A stretch of 64,000 nucleotides of DNA from Podarcis gaigeae (Eukaryota). Below are positions 36,124 through 48,611 of the stretch, one piece after another. Position 1 is the stretch's first letter. Every line of letters starts with the position of its first letter. The DNA lies in the NCBI GenBank assembly GCA_964106915.2, contig OZ066921.1; one strand, 5' to 3'. The translations under genes and the position numbers were made by a program. The notes under the pieces were generated by a model. It did no database searches. It was not told the origin of the DNA and was given only the letters and a program-made list of their open reading frames with translations.

Positions 36124-38862
36124 GTAAGGGATTAAAATGTAAATAAGCATAAAACCCCATGGTCCTTCATGTAGTCTGTGGAGCTTATCTCCCCTTAGGT
36201 TGGGCAACTCAGAACATCATCTTTCCCTTTTTGCAGGAAATGCTTCAATTCACTAGGAGTTTATGTAAAAAAACAGTCCATGCATTTCTGTTGTCACTAT
36301 ATCTTCCTTTGTGAATTCAAAGAGGCAGCAGCACTGAAAGACCAGTTCCATACATATGGAAATGAGCCTGAAAAGTCTCTGTCCATCCTCACTGAGGTAT
36401 CTTTCCTCTTCTCAGCTTTTGCAGTGCCTAGTATGTGCTTTGGATGCAGTAGGTCTTAGGTTCGACTCCTGGCATCTCCAGGTATGGCTGGGAAATATCA
36501 CTGTCTGAAACTCAGGAGATCTGTTACCAGTTAGTGTACAAGGGACCACAGCACCTTGAAAGAGGTAGAAATTTGGCCCTTGCAGTCATAAAATCTAGGC
36601 GAGTCCAACTCTCTGTGAGAAACTTCAGCTTCTCTGGCAACTGAGGCGACTATCTGTTTGCCTTGCACCGCTTCCACTGTCCTTCCCTTTACATTTTGGA
36701 AGTGATAGCCAGATTGTGAAAACCCTGTTAATTGTTCTTTAAGTTGGCTGGAGCCCTCCTTCCAAGAGCTGAATGCCTGCTAAAATGCCCTTTGCTGTGA
36801 TTGCCAGGCAATCATTGCCACCTGGTGTTAGCAGTGCAGAATGCAAAGCCTCACTCACCAGCAGCCTCTCGAAAACTATTTCCCCCTGTAGGGCTCTCAC
36901 ATGAAACAAAGCAGATAAAAATAACGCAAACAGCACAGAGCGGGCAGGAATGACCTTTAATAAACTGACAGCTGGATTCTCCCATGGATGGGTGGGCTTT
37001 GCAGAGAGACGCCGAAGGAGGGAGATGGTGATGCGCTTGGCTGCCCTTTGAAGGTGATTGATGTTGGGCCAAGCGTGTGCTAGGTGCAGTACAGAATATG
37101 GATGTGAGGCAATCTCTGCCTCAGAGGCCTTGCAGCCTTTGCTGGATGAAAAGGACCAAAACGGAGGGTCATAGATTGACTAATGAGCAGCAAAGATTCA
37201 AATGAGGGAAGGGACAAATTGGAAGAAGCTAGGGTGGCTTATGAGGGATGTGCAGCAGAGATCATTTTATGGGGACTGAGAGTGGCTCATGCAGAAGTCT
37301 AGGCCCTCTTGACTTGTCCACACTAGCTGATGAGGAGTGAGGGCTTGACTCTGTACTGCTGGTTTTCACTTGCCTTCTCCAGAGCTGCTTTCAGCTCTGT
37401 TCCAAATAGACTTGATTTCCTTATTTATTACCTGCCCTTCACCATAAGGTCCCAGGGCAAGTTACAGTGATCTGAAAATGCAGCATTAATAACGTTTTAA
37501 AACAAATGACAGCCACAGGAATAGGGTGGGGCCCAAAATATTATCTATCTCAAGTGTCAGAGGCCAGAGTAAAGGCTAGGCATAAACATGCCTTTGAGGG
37601 ATAAGAGGCTTTTCCAGCACAAGGGCAAAGATGACAGAGCCAGAGGGACCCAGAGATAAGGGTGGGAGCGAGGAAGCTCACTGGATTAAGGACTGAGGTG
37701 AAGAATTTGAGGAACGGCACTTTGGCACTTTCTCCCCTGGTGCCCCAGTTGTGTGACCCACTGCCATCAGGAACACCCTTGGGGGATTCTGTGCTGCTCA
37801 TCCTGCATGGCATCTAAAGACAGGCTGTTTGGTGGCTAAAGGCCCCCTTGAGACTTCTCAGGTGGGTGGGTTGCACTCATTGCCTGGTTGTAACCAATCG
37901 CTTCTGGGCTCTGGGAGGGATTTCTCTTTGTGGAGGGTGTCCTCTTCCTCCTTCCTGACATTGGCTGTCTTCTACAAAACTCAAGCAAGGGCAGGATAAT
38001 TCCGGTGAACCACAGAGGTGTCGAGGCTGAGCTCTCCTGTTTCGGTGTCGCCATGTAAATGCCTTCTAATCCATCAGTTGGCGGGCTAATCCATCAAACT
38101 GCTCATTAAAACACAAATGTTCTTATCTGTCTCACCCTTGGCCTTCCGAGACTGCTGTCTTCTCCTGAGCGCTTTGGGTAATCTCCGCAAATATGTCTGT
38201 GCAAAATAATTATAGAGCCTTTCAAAGTCTAGGGCTGTTTCTCTCTTCCTGTCAGCAATACAAAGGTTTGCTCACTTATCACGATGCCAGAAGAGGGATT
38301 TGAGACAGCCCCAGAATAATTCAGGGATAGTGCGGGGGGGGGGGGGGGAGCTAATACATGACCCTGTTGTGAAGAGGACAAGGCAGCCCAGTCTGTTGGA
38401 ATGGGGTTTTAGCATGTGGGTTTTTGCACTAGTTTTACCATCCTGTTCACAGGGTGTTGCGATTCTTGAATGTCACTTTTCTAATAGAAATAAGTTGTTG
38501 TTGTTAATAAAGTGCCTGAGCCTGGGGTGAGGAACCTGCATCCCTCCAGACCTTGCTGGATTCCACCTCCCATCCAGGAAGGCCAGGAAGGCCAGTGTTC
38601 AGGGGGGATGGGGGTTGGAAGAAGAGCATCAGAGGCTTTCAGGTTAGCTACTTCTGGCCAAAGGTATCCTAAGTAATGCACAAAGTGTGTTTTTTTTTTA
38701 AAAAAAAAAAACCAACAGCCCCTGCCTCCAGGCTACCAAGGTGAGAGACATCATATGAAAATGGGGGTGGGCTGGGGTATAACAGGAAAGCAAGCAAATT
38801 CAGATACTATTTTTTCCTAGTGATTTGTGTCTGACCCAGTTTCTCTTCCTGTCTTGCAACAG

Positions 38863-38949
38863 AATTGGGCTCCTCCAGGATGTGAGAAGATAGGGAAGTG
38901 TTTGAAGCCTCCCAGCCCCAACCCTCAAAAATGCTTTTGGCCCCACTGA
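38863..38949 (+). CDS. GALNS: GALNS exon 14 (last coding exon, stop TGA)
   Basis: gcaacag|AAT TGG GCT ... CCC CAC TGA; 87 nt; [28 protein letters not shown]. Confidence 0.96.
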   Translation, partial: NWAPPGCEKIGKCLKPPSPNPQKCFWPH

Positions 38950-39773
38950 GCATCTCATGCCTGACCTGCTGGAGACAGAGCTGCTGCTGTGGATCATTTC
39001 TTCAGAAAAGGGGCATTGTGGGAAGAAGCCCAGAGTGTTTCCCTCCTCTCTTTCTCAGGGTCACAGCAGTAAATCTATATGAATTCAGCCTCTCAGTACA
39101 GACAGGGCGAAGGTACTGTGAGCTTAAGACTATTTCAGATATTAGGACTGGAGAGCCTGCCTTAGTCCTTTGCTGCTCATAAATTCCTTTGAGACTGAGC
39201 CCTCAGTTATCAGTTGTGATCATCTCTTACAGCATTCTGCTCCCCTCCCACTGCCTAGAATTGGAAGTTTGTCCTGGAGCTCAGGAGCCCTTCTGGACCT
39301 GATGAGGCAGAGCATCTTTGTGCCATCTAAAAATTGTTAAGCGTCAATGCCAGTATTCAGCGGCTCCAGCAAATGTACAGTGTTGCTTAAATGTGTTTGG
39401 AGCAAAGACTGCTGCTCACTGCATGCAGTGCCAGCAACTTTACAGTCTATTGGCTATAATGTCTCCCATACCCTCTGCAGGCCAGCTTTGGCAGGTGGGC
39501 AGGACTACCCACCTGTTAATCACCAGACATCATAACGGTGTCAAAGTTTAAAGGAGGTTGTTGCATCCTCCTTTGAGGATGTTATTCCAGCACTAATCAG
39601 CTGATTGGCACTGGAAGTGCAATGAACTAGCCATTCAGCTGATTATTAGTTACAGGAAACCCCTTTGAAGTCTTTGCAGAGTGGACAATGCACCTAAAAT
39701 TGAATTCTTTCCCTCTGCAAAGAAAATGGTCTCTACTCAAAGTGCTTTCTCCAGCGTTTTCAATACAAACTGC

Positions 39774-39808
<35 letters not shown>

Positions 39809-40452
39809 AAGCTTTTTGGATTCAAAACACAGGAGGAAGTGCTTTAAATCCAAGTTGCTTCCTGCAGCCCCCTTGGCTGCACTAGATAACTTCTTAGTGC
39901 AGCCAATCCCAGCTGATTGTTGGGGCTTTGGCAGTGCAGGGCTCTCTTTGAGCACTAACAGTCAGCTGATCATTGGTGTTTGCAGAGAGTCCTGTATTGC
40001 ACTTCAAAAAGGGCTCCGCAGGTGCCCTTTTGGGCCCAGCTATTACTTTACCTGCATATCACACCCTGTGCAATATATGCTAGCAGGTGTAGGGCAGGTG
40101 AGTGTGGCTTGGCCAAAATGGTCTGGCCAGAGGCTCCCCACACCTGAGCTATATTATCAAGTTAATGCCTCTGATACCTAAGTGGAACTTCTATGTTTAG
40201 AGGCAGTCTACCTCTACATGTCAGTTGCTGTGGGATGGAAGAACAACAGGGTAGTTGTCATCACGCCCAGCTTGTGGGCTTCTTGGAGGCACCTGGTCAG
40301 CCACTGCTGGAAACAGATGGCTGGCAAGGTAAACCTTTCTTCTGTTATTTTGCTATGCAAAGAAGTGTCCTCCATTGCCAACATTTCTTTTAAGACTTGG
40401 TTTCAAATGGTGCCAAAATATACAGTTTCAAGAAGTGCCAAAGGTTAATATG

Positions 40453-40458
40453 AATAAA
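40453..40458 (+). terminator. candidate GALNS polyadenylation signal
   Basis: AATAAA about 1.5 kb after the stop, followed by a GT/T-rich tract (tgtgatgttgttttt); alternative AATAAA near 40978 and 40998. Confidence 0.45.
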
Positions 40459-42383
40459 TGTCTGCTGCTGTGATGTTGTTTTTAGTATGATTAGAAGAGT
40501 TCTGTATGTTTGTTGTTAACTTTCAAGAAATACTTTTGTCAGCTTTATAACTTTCTTATTGTGTGATTGTAAGAAATTAAGGCCAATATAATATGTGATC
40601 TACAAGTGCTATGTCTCTCGTCCCTGAGCTCCTCGTTGAATGAGATTGTGGAAGATAATAAGATTTGAAATGCAAATCCCGGCGTACAGTATTTTAAAAT
40701 GTGAGAAGTTGGGGAAGGAAAGGAACAGAAGTGCCTTGGGGGCCTGTCATGATAGAATTCTGTCTGGTAAGCCAAGCCTCTTGATTTAAGCTGTGATGGA
40801 TTTCTTCACATGCCCACACCAGCAAAGTCTTGTTCCACTTCACTAAGTGGATCCCAGGGGAGACATTGAAAGACTGGCCTCTGCCATGGATTCATTAAGT
40901 AGCCTTGAGTAAGTCACCTTCTCTGTCAAACTTTATGACAGTAGCCTATCTCACAGGGTTGTTGTGAAGACAGATCCAATAAAGATGGCAAAGTTGTAAT
41001 AAAGATGCTATCTATAGCCTCCTCCTGTGAAAAGGAAGGTGTTAGGGTTGTCACAGAAAAGCCAAATTGGTGGTGAAATTGCAGAACAAACTCAACTGCA
41101 AAACAGAACCCCCTTACAATTCCAATCACTTCCTGTCTTTGGGGATATAGCTGTTAAAAAAGCTCTGTGTTCCGATGGAAAGTTGCATGCTTGGGTCAGT
41201 GTTTGTTTCTTCTGTTGCTAAGGACTGGCCAGCTTGGGCCAGCTGTTGGGGGAAAGGATTTTTTCTGGTGGTGGAGGAGATAATTTGTCTTTGAGAAAAT
41301 CCTAGTATTAGCAGGGACAGCTGTGAAAATAGCCTACACAGTGACCTTCTGCTTCATCACCCACCCACCCCGTTCTCTGTCTTGCCCAACAAAGGCCTTT
41401 CTGAGAAATGCAAATCCTTCTGGATGGATGTGACCTTTGTATAGGCTTTCAGCTCAACTATATCCCTTTAAAGAAAAAATAAATATTCTCAGCAATGGAG
41501 ACTGGAAACAGGGAAATGGCAGTGCCCCACAAGCACCTTGTGTGGTTTTCCTTCACCCAAGATGCATTCTTTTCCGTCTTATCTAGCCTGGCAAAGAGTT
41601 CTGCGTAACTTGAAAGGTTGCAGACTGTACCATGAATGTTGGCTATTTAGCTGATCTGTGGATTCTATTCTAATGGACCAAACCTGGCTGCCTCTTTCGT
41701 GTCTGCAAGAAGGTTAAAAATGCCCTGCACAAAGCATATTAATTGAGAAGTATGTTCAGGGTTTCAGCCACATTCTTACAGGAACAGAAGCAAACCGTTA
41801 CAACTGGAAATCCAGCATTGTCAAGGTGAGTTCTAGAAACTGTTCCTTCTGCTCCACAAGGGGGCTTCATGGGACATCCGGCTTTCAACACATCCACTAG
41901 GGTTAAACAATCTGCACTGACTGCCTATTGCTTACCAAGCCAAGTTCATGGTTTTGTTGTTGCCGTTTAAAGCCCTAAACTACATACTGGGACTTCGGCT
42001 AGTGGATTGGGGCCAACAGTTTGGATCGTGGCATGATCTAAAGCGGGTCACAGCAGCAGCATGGCCAACATACAGATATATGGTTAAATAAATGAGGAAC
42101 ATGTTCCCATATGCATGTTTGGATTAGAACTGGGTCTTTGGTTGGAAAAGGTTGAAGATATGTTGTAGCTGTTACTGCAAATATTTTATGCTATTTTTGT
42201 GGTGTACAAATGACATGAGAAGGCTTGGTCTATTTATTTGTATCACTTATAATTCCTATGATCCTTGTTTATAAAACCCGAAAAAAAGTTATTAAAAAAG
42301 CAAAAAGGACACAGAGGATGGCCACCTACAGATTGCCAAAGGACAGGAAATGCATGACACAAAATGAGGACACCTTTGCATTA

Positions 42384-42583
42384 TTACAGACGCTTCAGGT
42401 TACAGACTCCGCTAACCCAGAAATAGTACCTTGGGTTAAGAACTTTGCTTCAGGATGAGAACAGAAATCATGCAGCGGCAGTGGGAGGCCCCATTAGCTA
42501 AAGTGGTACCTCAGGTTAAGAACAGTTTCAGGTTAAGAACAGACCTCCAGAACAAATTGAGTTCTTAACCCAAGGTACCACTG
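42384..42583. mobile_element. Tigger-like Tc1/mariner MITE, left end truncated
   Basis: right end GTTCTTAACCCAAGGTACCACTG followed by TA; internal repeats of GTACCTYRGGTTAAGAAC. Confidence 0.75.
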
Positions 42584-42726
42584 TATTTGCATAAACCAAT
42601 TATATTTGCATATTTTAAGGGGGAAATCACAATGATTTAAATATCAGAGGGGGGAGGAGTTGTGTGCTTGCTTGATCTGCTTATTACTGGTAGGCTGGTT
42701 TATCTTTAAATCAGACTTGGACTGGA

Positions 42727-42922
42727 CAGCCAGTGTGGTGTAGTGGTCAGAATGCTGGACTAGGACATGGGAGACTTGGGTCTGAATCCCCACTCAGCCA
42801 GGAAGCACACTGGGTGACCTTGGGCCAGTCACTCTGTCTAACCTACCTCACAGGATTGTTGTGAATTATAAAAATGAGGAAGGAGGAGAAGACAATGTAT
42901 GCCACCTTGAGCTCCTTGGAGC
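42727..42922 (+). mobile_element. tRNA-derived SINE with L2-type tail (Squam3/MIR-like)
   Basis: A-box-like tggtgtagtgg, B-box-like gggtctgaatccc, core gggtgaccttgggccagtcactct, tail tatgccaccttgagctccttggag; inverted relative near 21100-21300. Confidence 0.7.
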
Positions 42923-43429
42923 TTAAATAACACAGAATTAATTAAATAACACAGAAAATAAAGAAAGGACTTTTCCTCTGGAAAATAGCGCACAAACCCA
43001 CTCCATGTCCTCGTAGCTGCAACAACCCCATATTTTCTGACCCCAGCTCTCCTCCTCTGCGTGTGCCTTGTGTCAAGATTCTCGATTGTAAGGGAGGTGG
43101 CGCAGGGACCTGACCTTTGCAAAGTATAGCTCGCGTTGATGACGGCTGCAAGCCAGAGAGCGGAAGCCCAGGGCTGCAAAACCACCAGTCTCTGCTGATT
43201 CACCGGCTAAATATGCAAGAGTCCTGCCTCGCCCTTGAGCACCCGCTGGCAAAGTGGAGGAAAAGAACTTTCCGTTTTTAAAACCAAAAATATTTAACGG
43301 CCTTGGTTCTGTGCACAAAGCTGGACCTTAAAACTCAGGGTAACTAAGGAGCCACTAATTATTTGTGGTTAATATAACCCTACATAGATAGGGACCTGGA
43401 GGTTCTAACTTTCTTTGCTGACTCCCCCC

Positions 43430-43560
43430 CCCCCCAACCGCGCAAAAGTGGTGGTTCCTTACAACTAGTGTCCCCCCTCCCGCCGAATGGTTTCTCCCAG
43501 GAGGGCGACTCTCCCACGCATGCGCGTTGCTTCGTACCGGGCAGATTGACTGCTCTAGCC
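43430..43560 (+). promoter_or_regulatory. APRT CpG-rich promoter with NRF1-like site
   Basis: CpG-rich stretch just upstream of the APRT ATG; CGCATGCGC at 43517-43525 resembles the NRF1 palindrome; no clear TATA box. Confidence 0.6.
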
Positions 43561-43664
43561 ATGGGCGCTGAGTTGCGGCAGCTGCGGCTGCAACAGAAGC
43601 GGCGGTTGGTCCAGGAGCGGATCCGGGAGTTCCCCGATTTTCCCACGCCGGGGGTGCTTTTCCG
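43561..43664 (+). CDS. APRT: adenine phosphoribosyltransferase exon 1
   Basis: gccATGG Kozak; MGAELRQLRLQQKRRLVQERIREFPDFPTPGVLF(R); donor CG|gtaagc. Confidence 0.95.
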
Positions 43665-44623
43665 GTAAGCGAGACGGGTAGCGGCCACTTGGGGCTATAT
43701 GTGATGCCGAGGTCTTGTTCCCCGCCCTGAGCATGTGCAGAGGGCAGTCCTTCTCCCTCCCTTGGGGAAGCGCTCCTGTTGCCAGTGATCCACTACAAGT
43801 TCCCGGCGACTGCGGAAAGGAAAATGCACTCTGCCCATGCTCCGAAGTACACTTTTTTCTGACCGTAAACTTCTTCCCTCTGGTTGTCGAATGCCCCTCA
43901 TTTAAGAGGCTCCAGGGCTCAGATTAAGCCGGTGCTCGAAGTAGGGGTGGGGGTGGTCGTCTTCTAAAAACATCCCTTTATTTATTATTACGCCCTCTAG
44001 ACTCCTGGTGCTCTCCAAAGTACCAGCAGGACTGGTCTCTGGAGGAGCTTGCAGTCCAGAAACATAATCAGTTATGTGCGCAGTTGCTACATGATTTGCC
44101 CCATGACTGCAGAGATGAAAGGAGGCCCATGCTGGTTTCTGCCCTAGATCAGGGGACGAAGGAGAACCAGGACCCTGTGATTCTGCCCTCACAGGAAGTA
44201 TGGGCATCCACAGGGGTGGGTGGGACATGACCCAAAACTCCCTGACTCCACAGTCTGTTCCAGCATGCGTGGAACCTGAGATATGAGATGAAAAGTGTAG
44301 CCATGATTCTTCTCGTTTTCTGGTCTGTTTCCCCCTTTGCCCCAGCGAAAAGTTCCTGCTGAGGCCCATGCCCCAAAGAGCGCCATAGCAAGCGGAGTAT
44401 GCCATCTGTGGGCCAGGGGACATGACTTAAGTGATACCTAGCTTTCAGGTTTGATTAAGCCTAGAGAAAGTGGGAGAATAAGGAAAATACACAAGAGGAT
44501 ACCTGTTTGCTTTAACTTCATTTATAAAGCAGCTCCAATGCTGGATCCCAAATATTTTTCTTCTGAGGGATAATTCCCACTCACAAAGAATTTTTTTTGA
44601 CACGTGCTTCTTTCTCTCCATAG

Positions 44624-44727
44624 AGATATCACCCCCCTCTTAAAGGACCCGGTTGCCTTTGCAGCTGCAATTGACCTCCTGGAAGCTCACGTCAAGGCCT
44701 CACATCCCCAGGTTGAGTACATTGCAG
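44624..44727 (+). CDS. APRT: APRT exon 2
   Basis: ccatag|A GAT ATC ... GCA G|gtgagt; [34 protein letters not shown](G). Confidence 0.97.
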
Positions 44728-45288
44728 GTGAGTCAGGGACCAGTTTGTCTTTAAAGCTCTGGAGGGCACCAGGTTGGGGAAGCCTGTCCTTGAGAGAAAG
44801 TCAGTGGATCTTGAGGCCATGAATACCCCATCTACAAACATGCTGCAGCCTGACAAATCTTCCTCCCTTAACTCCTCTGAGTTCTCTGTGCATGCTCAGA
44901 TGCACTCTTGGTCAAATGTATATGCCAAGGCTGAGCCACTGAAACCAGACAGTACTCCCTTTAAATCACAAAGAGCTTGGCATTTGCTCCACTTAAGCCT
45001 CCACTGAATGGCCTTGCAAACAGCAAAAGTGCAAAACCTGTGCCTGGTTTCTCCCTGGTCTGCTAACTTTCTACTTGCAGGGGATTGCACTGCATAGAGA
45101 AGCATTCTGTCATGTGAACGCGTGCGGGCCCCCTGCAGTGTGAAGTCCAGAGGTAGGTTTACAATCTCATCTTCCTGTCAGCAGGTAGAAGGCCTCACAT
45201 ACCACACTCACCGTGCCACAACGATGGGAGTACCGCTTTTAACTTTGAGGACTGAGAAAGTAAGCTGCTGCTTCTCTGTTTCTGACAG

Positions 45289-45422
45289 GTCTTGATTCCC
45301 GAGGATTCCTTTTTGGACCAGTTTTGGCACAGAGATTGGGAGTTGGATTTGTGCTAATACGGAAGAAGGGGAAGCTACCAGGTCCCACAGTGTCTGTTGG
45401 CTACTCTCTGGAATATGGCCAG
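45289..45422 (+). CDS. APRT: APRT exon 3
   Basis: tgacag|GT CTT GAT ... GGC CAG|gtattg; [44 protein letters not shown]. Confidence 0.97.
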
Positions 45423-45715
45423 GTATTGGTGGGTTGTTTTTCCTAGGGGGTGGAGGTGGGGGCTAATCAAAGGATTTCAAATGCAGCTCTGGTGGAGGGG
45501 CTTCTAAAGATGGTCCAGTGTTGATTTATGCTGGCTCAGCAGGAGAATGCAAAGCCATTTTTTAAAAAAAGTGTATTATAATTTTTGTACACCAAAAAAT
45601 CTTAAACAGCTTAGCAAAGTCAGCTCTAAGACAGTCTCTTCCCTCACGCTCACAATCTAAAAATACATGACACATGAGGAAAAAGGAGGAGGGAAAAGCT
45701 GAAACACAAATTCTT

Positions 45716-46532
45716 TTTTCCTTTTTTTATTTGCATTTTCAAAAACAGGAACAGAGCACACTTCACCCCCCTCCGCCTGCCCCACTTACGACTTTGTACC
45801 AAATACAGCATGTATACATATACCATATAAATTCCCTTCCACCCTTTTCCTGGTTCCTTTGTTTTTCTACTCCATGTAATCACATCTTTTTAATCATCCA
45901 GTTTGTTATCTATTAAAAAACTATTTCAATGCTGCTGGATTTACTTGAGACCTGCTAAGCTATGTATTTGTTTATACTGGTTCTTAAAATATTCAGTAAA
46001 CATTATCCATTCCTCCTCGTATTCCTTCTCTTTGTTTTCTCTTATCCTGTTTGTCAGACCATCCAGTCCAGCATATTCGAACATTTTACACTGCCATTCT
46101 TCCTTAGTGGGTACTATACGTGTTCTCCACCTTTGTGCCAATAAGGTTCTAGCTGTGGCGGTGGCATATAGTAATAAACTCTTGGTTTGTTTTTTTACCT
46201 TCGTTGTTACCATTCCTAAGAGGAAAATCTCAGGTGTTTTGGGGAAAGTTTTTTTTTAATACATATTTTTTAATTCTTTATATATAGTTGCCCAATATTC
46301 CTTAATTACTTTACAGGACCACCACATGTGGAAAAAGGATCCCTCAATTTTATTACACTTCCAACATATACCTTTTTCTTTTTTTAGACATTTTCGCCAA
46401 TCTGGTGTTGAACACCATCTGTGGGTCATTTCATCATATTTTCTTTTATCGCATAGCATGCCATGAAATTCATATTCATTTTCCACAGCTTTTCACATAA
46501 TTCATAATCAATATTGTGACCCACATCTTGCC
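45716..46532 (-). mobile_element. L1-clade LINE 3' fragment in APRT intron 3
   Basis: CWKCNKIEGSFFHMWWSC (CCHC knuckle) and LLLYATATARTLLAQRW...PTKEEW in broken minus frames; AATAAA plus A-rich tail near 45716-45732; TSD aaacacaa(a/g)ttctt (45702-45715 / 46533-46546). Confidence 0.88.
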
Positions 46533-46851
46533 AAACACAAGTTCTTACAGTTCTTGGAAGTTACAACTGAGGCTAGTGGTGTTTCTGGCTGCCGTTTGCT
46601 TGATAAAAAGTAGCCCCACCCCTGAAGTCCTCTTTCCACCCCAATCCCCTATCATCAGAGCTGATAGCATCCATGCCACTGTTCTTCCCACAGACAGCTG
46701 ACTTGCTGGCGGTTGAGTCCTCCCTGCTCCCTTGCCAATGCCAAGCAGTTCTGTCCCACATTTTGGGGTGATGAGCCCCCACCCCAGGATTCTGGCCACT
46801 ACATTGCCCATTCAGCAAGCCTAAAATCCACCCTTCTTTCACATCCCGCAG

Positions 46852-46930
46852 GCAGAGCTCGAAGTTCAAAACGACGCAGTGAACCCCGGTCAGAATGTGC
46901 TCTTGATCGACGACCTGCTTGCCACAGGAG
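46852..46930 (+). CDS. APRT: APRT exon 4
   Basis: ccgcag|GCA GAG ... GGA G|gtgaga; [26 protein letters not shown] with the type I PRTase PRPP-binding motif. Confidence 0.97.
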
Positions 46931-47725
46931 GTGAGAACCGGGCAGGTACTGAGGCTCTTGGGTAGAGAGGATTGGCAGTCGGGGTCCTCTCCAGTTCTGC
47001 TGACACCCGAATGGAAAATGACGCCCCCGCTGGCTTGGCCCAAAGGAAGACTTGCCATGTTCCTCTTTATTCCTGCTCTCTTGCCTGCCCAGGACCTTGT
47101 GGATTCATTGTGGGTGCTGGTCAGCACTGGGTGACATGCCAGGCTTTGCTTGCTCAAGGAAATAGGCACAGCAGCCATGTTTTTCCTCCTTAATCTCAAG
47201 TGTGCAACATGATAGTTCTGCACCCGAGAGTGGAACAAGTATGCTAGACTCAACATGTAAGCAGATCTCCCGGCTAAAACATTATCCAGCGTCATTTTTC
47301 TGCCTTTTTGTTTTAGTTTCCTCCTCAAACGTTGCCTGGCCGCCACCTCTCAACTGGGTGTCACATTTTTCCTGATGAGGAATTCTGGAGAACTCGGAAG
47401 CTTGCCCCATTTTTTTAACTTGGTCCTAATTGCAAACCCAATTGCAAACACATGGCGTAATGTTGGGCCACTTGGGTTTAAAATGGGATTTAACATATTG
47501 GTGGAGGATAAGGTTGTGCCCTGCCCTATGCTGTTAAAAGCAGCATGCTCTGAGTGCCAGTTGTTGGGAATCACAAGTTGGGGGAGATTCCCATAGCTGT
47601 CTGGTTGGCCATGGAGGGAACAGGATGTGGGCTCCAGCTGTGGGTTCTTCTCATGTTACAATCAACAGTAGCTGAATAGTGCAGGTTTTTCTTCTGCATG
47701 AGTAACACCCCCGTCTCTCATCTAG

Positions 47726-47868
47726 GGACCATGCAAGCTGCCTGTGAGCTGATGAAGAAGCTGGGGGCTAATATCCTGGAGTGTGTGGTACTTATAGAGT
47801 TAAAGTCCCTTAAAGGGCAAGAAGCCATCAAGCCGAACTCCCTCTACTCACTGCTGCAGTATGACTGA
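47726..47868 (+). CDS. APRT: APRT exon 5 (stop TGA)
   Basis: tctag|GG ACC ATG ... TAT GAC TGA; TMQAACELMKKLGANILECVVLIELKSLKGQEAIKPNSLYSLLQYD*; total CDS 564 nt = 187 aa. Confidence 0.96.
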
Positions 47869-48611
47869 TGCCCAGGAGTGACCACCTGCCTCAAGCCTTG
47901 TTTCAGTTGAGATGGCCTTGCCGCCTTCCTCTGCCAAACAATTCCTGGCTTTGCATTGTTGCCTGCAAGCTTTCTTTTTCTTAAAGTGACCCTTGCTCCC
48001 ATCAAGTTGGCATTGTCACCCTGGACTTTGCTTTGTAAGTGAAGGGTTAATTACTTAAGTGCCATGGGAGAAGCTTTTATTATTATTAAAAGAACCAAAT
48101 GAAGCTTGGATTTTCCTATAAGGCTATCTCCTTGTAGGCAGTCTTGGACTTGCCAGATTGGGAAGGGGATGACTCGCTCACCAGAACCCAGGCCTAGAGG
48201 CTTCCCAGAGTCAGCCTTTTCAAAACAGAAGTCACACCTTTTAGAAAGCAAGAGATTGTTATTCCTCTATGCTAATTGGGGGGGGGGGGTCAAGGAGAGC
48301 CAGCCTGGTGTCCTCAAAACATTTTGGACTTCAGTTCCCATCAGCCTCAGTGAACAGACATGATGGAAGCTGTAGTCCTTGCAAAAGCTTCAACATGCCC
48401 CCAGGGCAGGGATGCCTAGGTTTGGCATCGGTCTAAATTCCACCTAAACTATACCAGCATATTATGGCCATCCTCTTAGAACACTTTGGATGAGCTGCAC
48501 CCTGAGCATTTTCCCCAATAGCTTTGGCTTGCAGTTCTGCACAGATCTTTCTTTTGGTACTGGACTGGAAAAGTACTTCTGTGCTCGAAACAAAATTTTA
48601 AAAAAAACACC

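Noticed and set aside
43468-43560. In-frame upstream GTG extension of APRT (and TTG extension of CDT1 at 62253)
   Set aside because: ORF-caller alternative starts; the ATGs at 43561 and 62172 have strong Kozak context and match known N-termini
46573-47346. 257-aa minus-strand ORF across APRT exon 4
   Set aside because: No recognisable protein similarity and no supporting gene structure; likely a chance ORF
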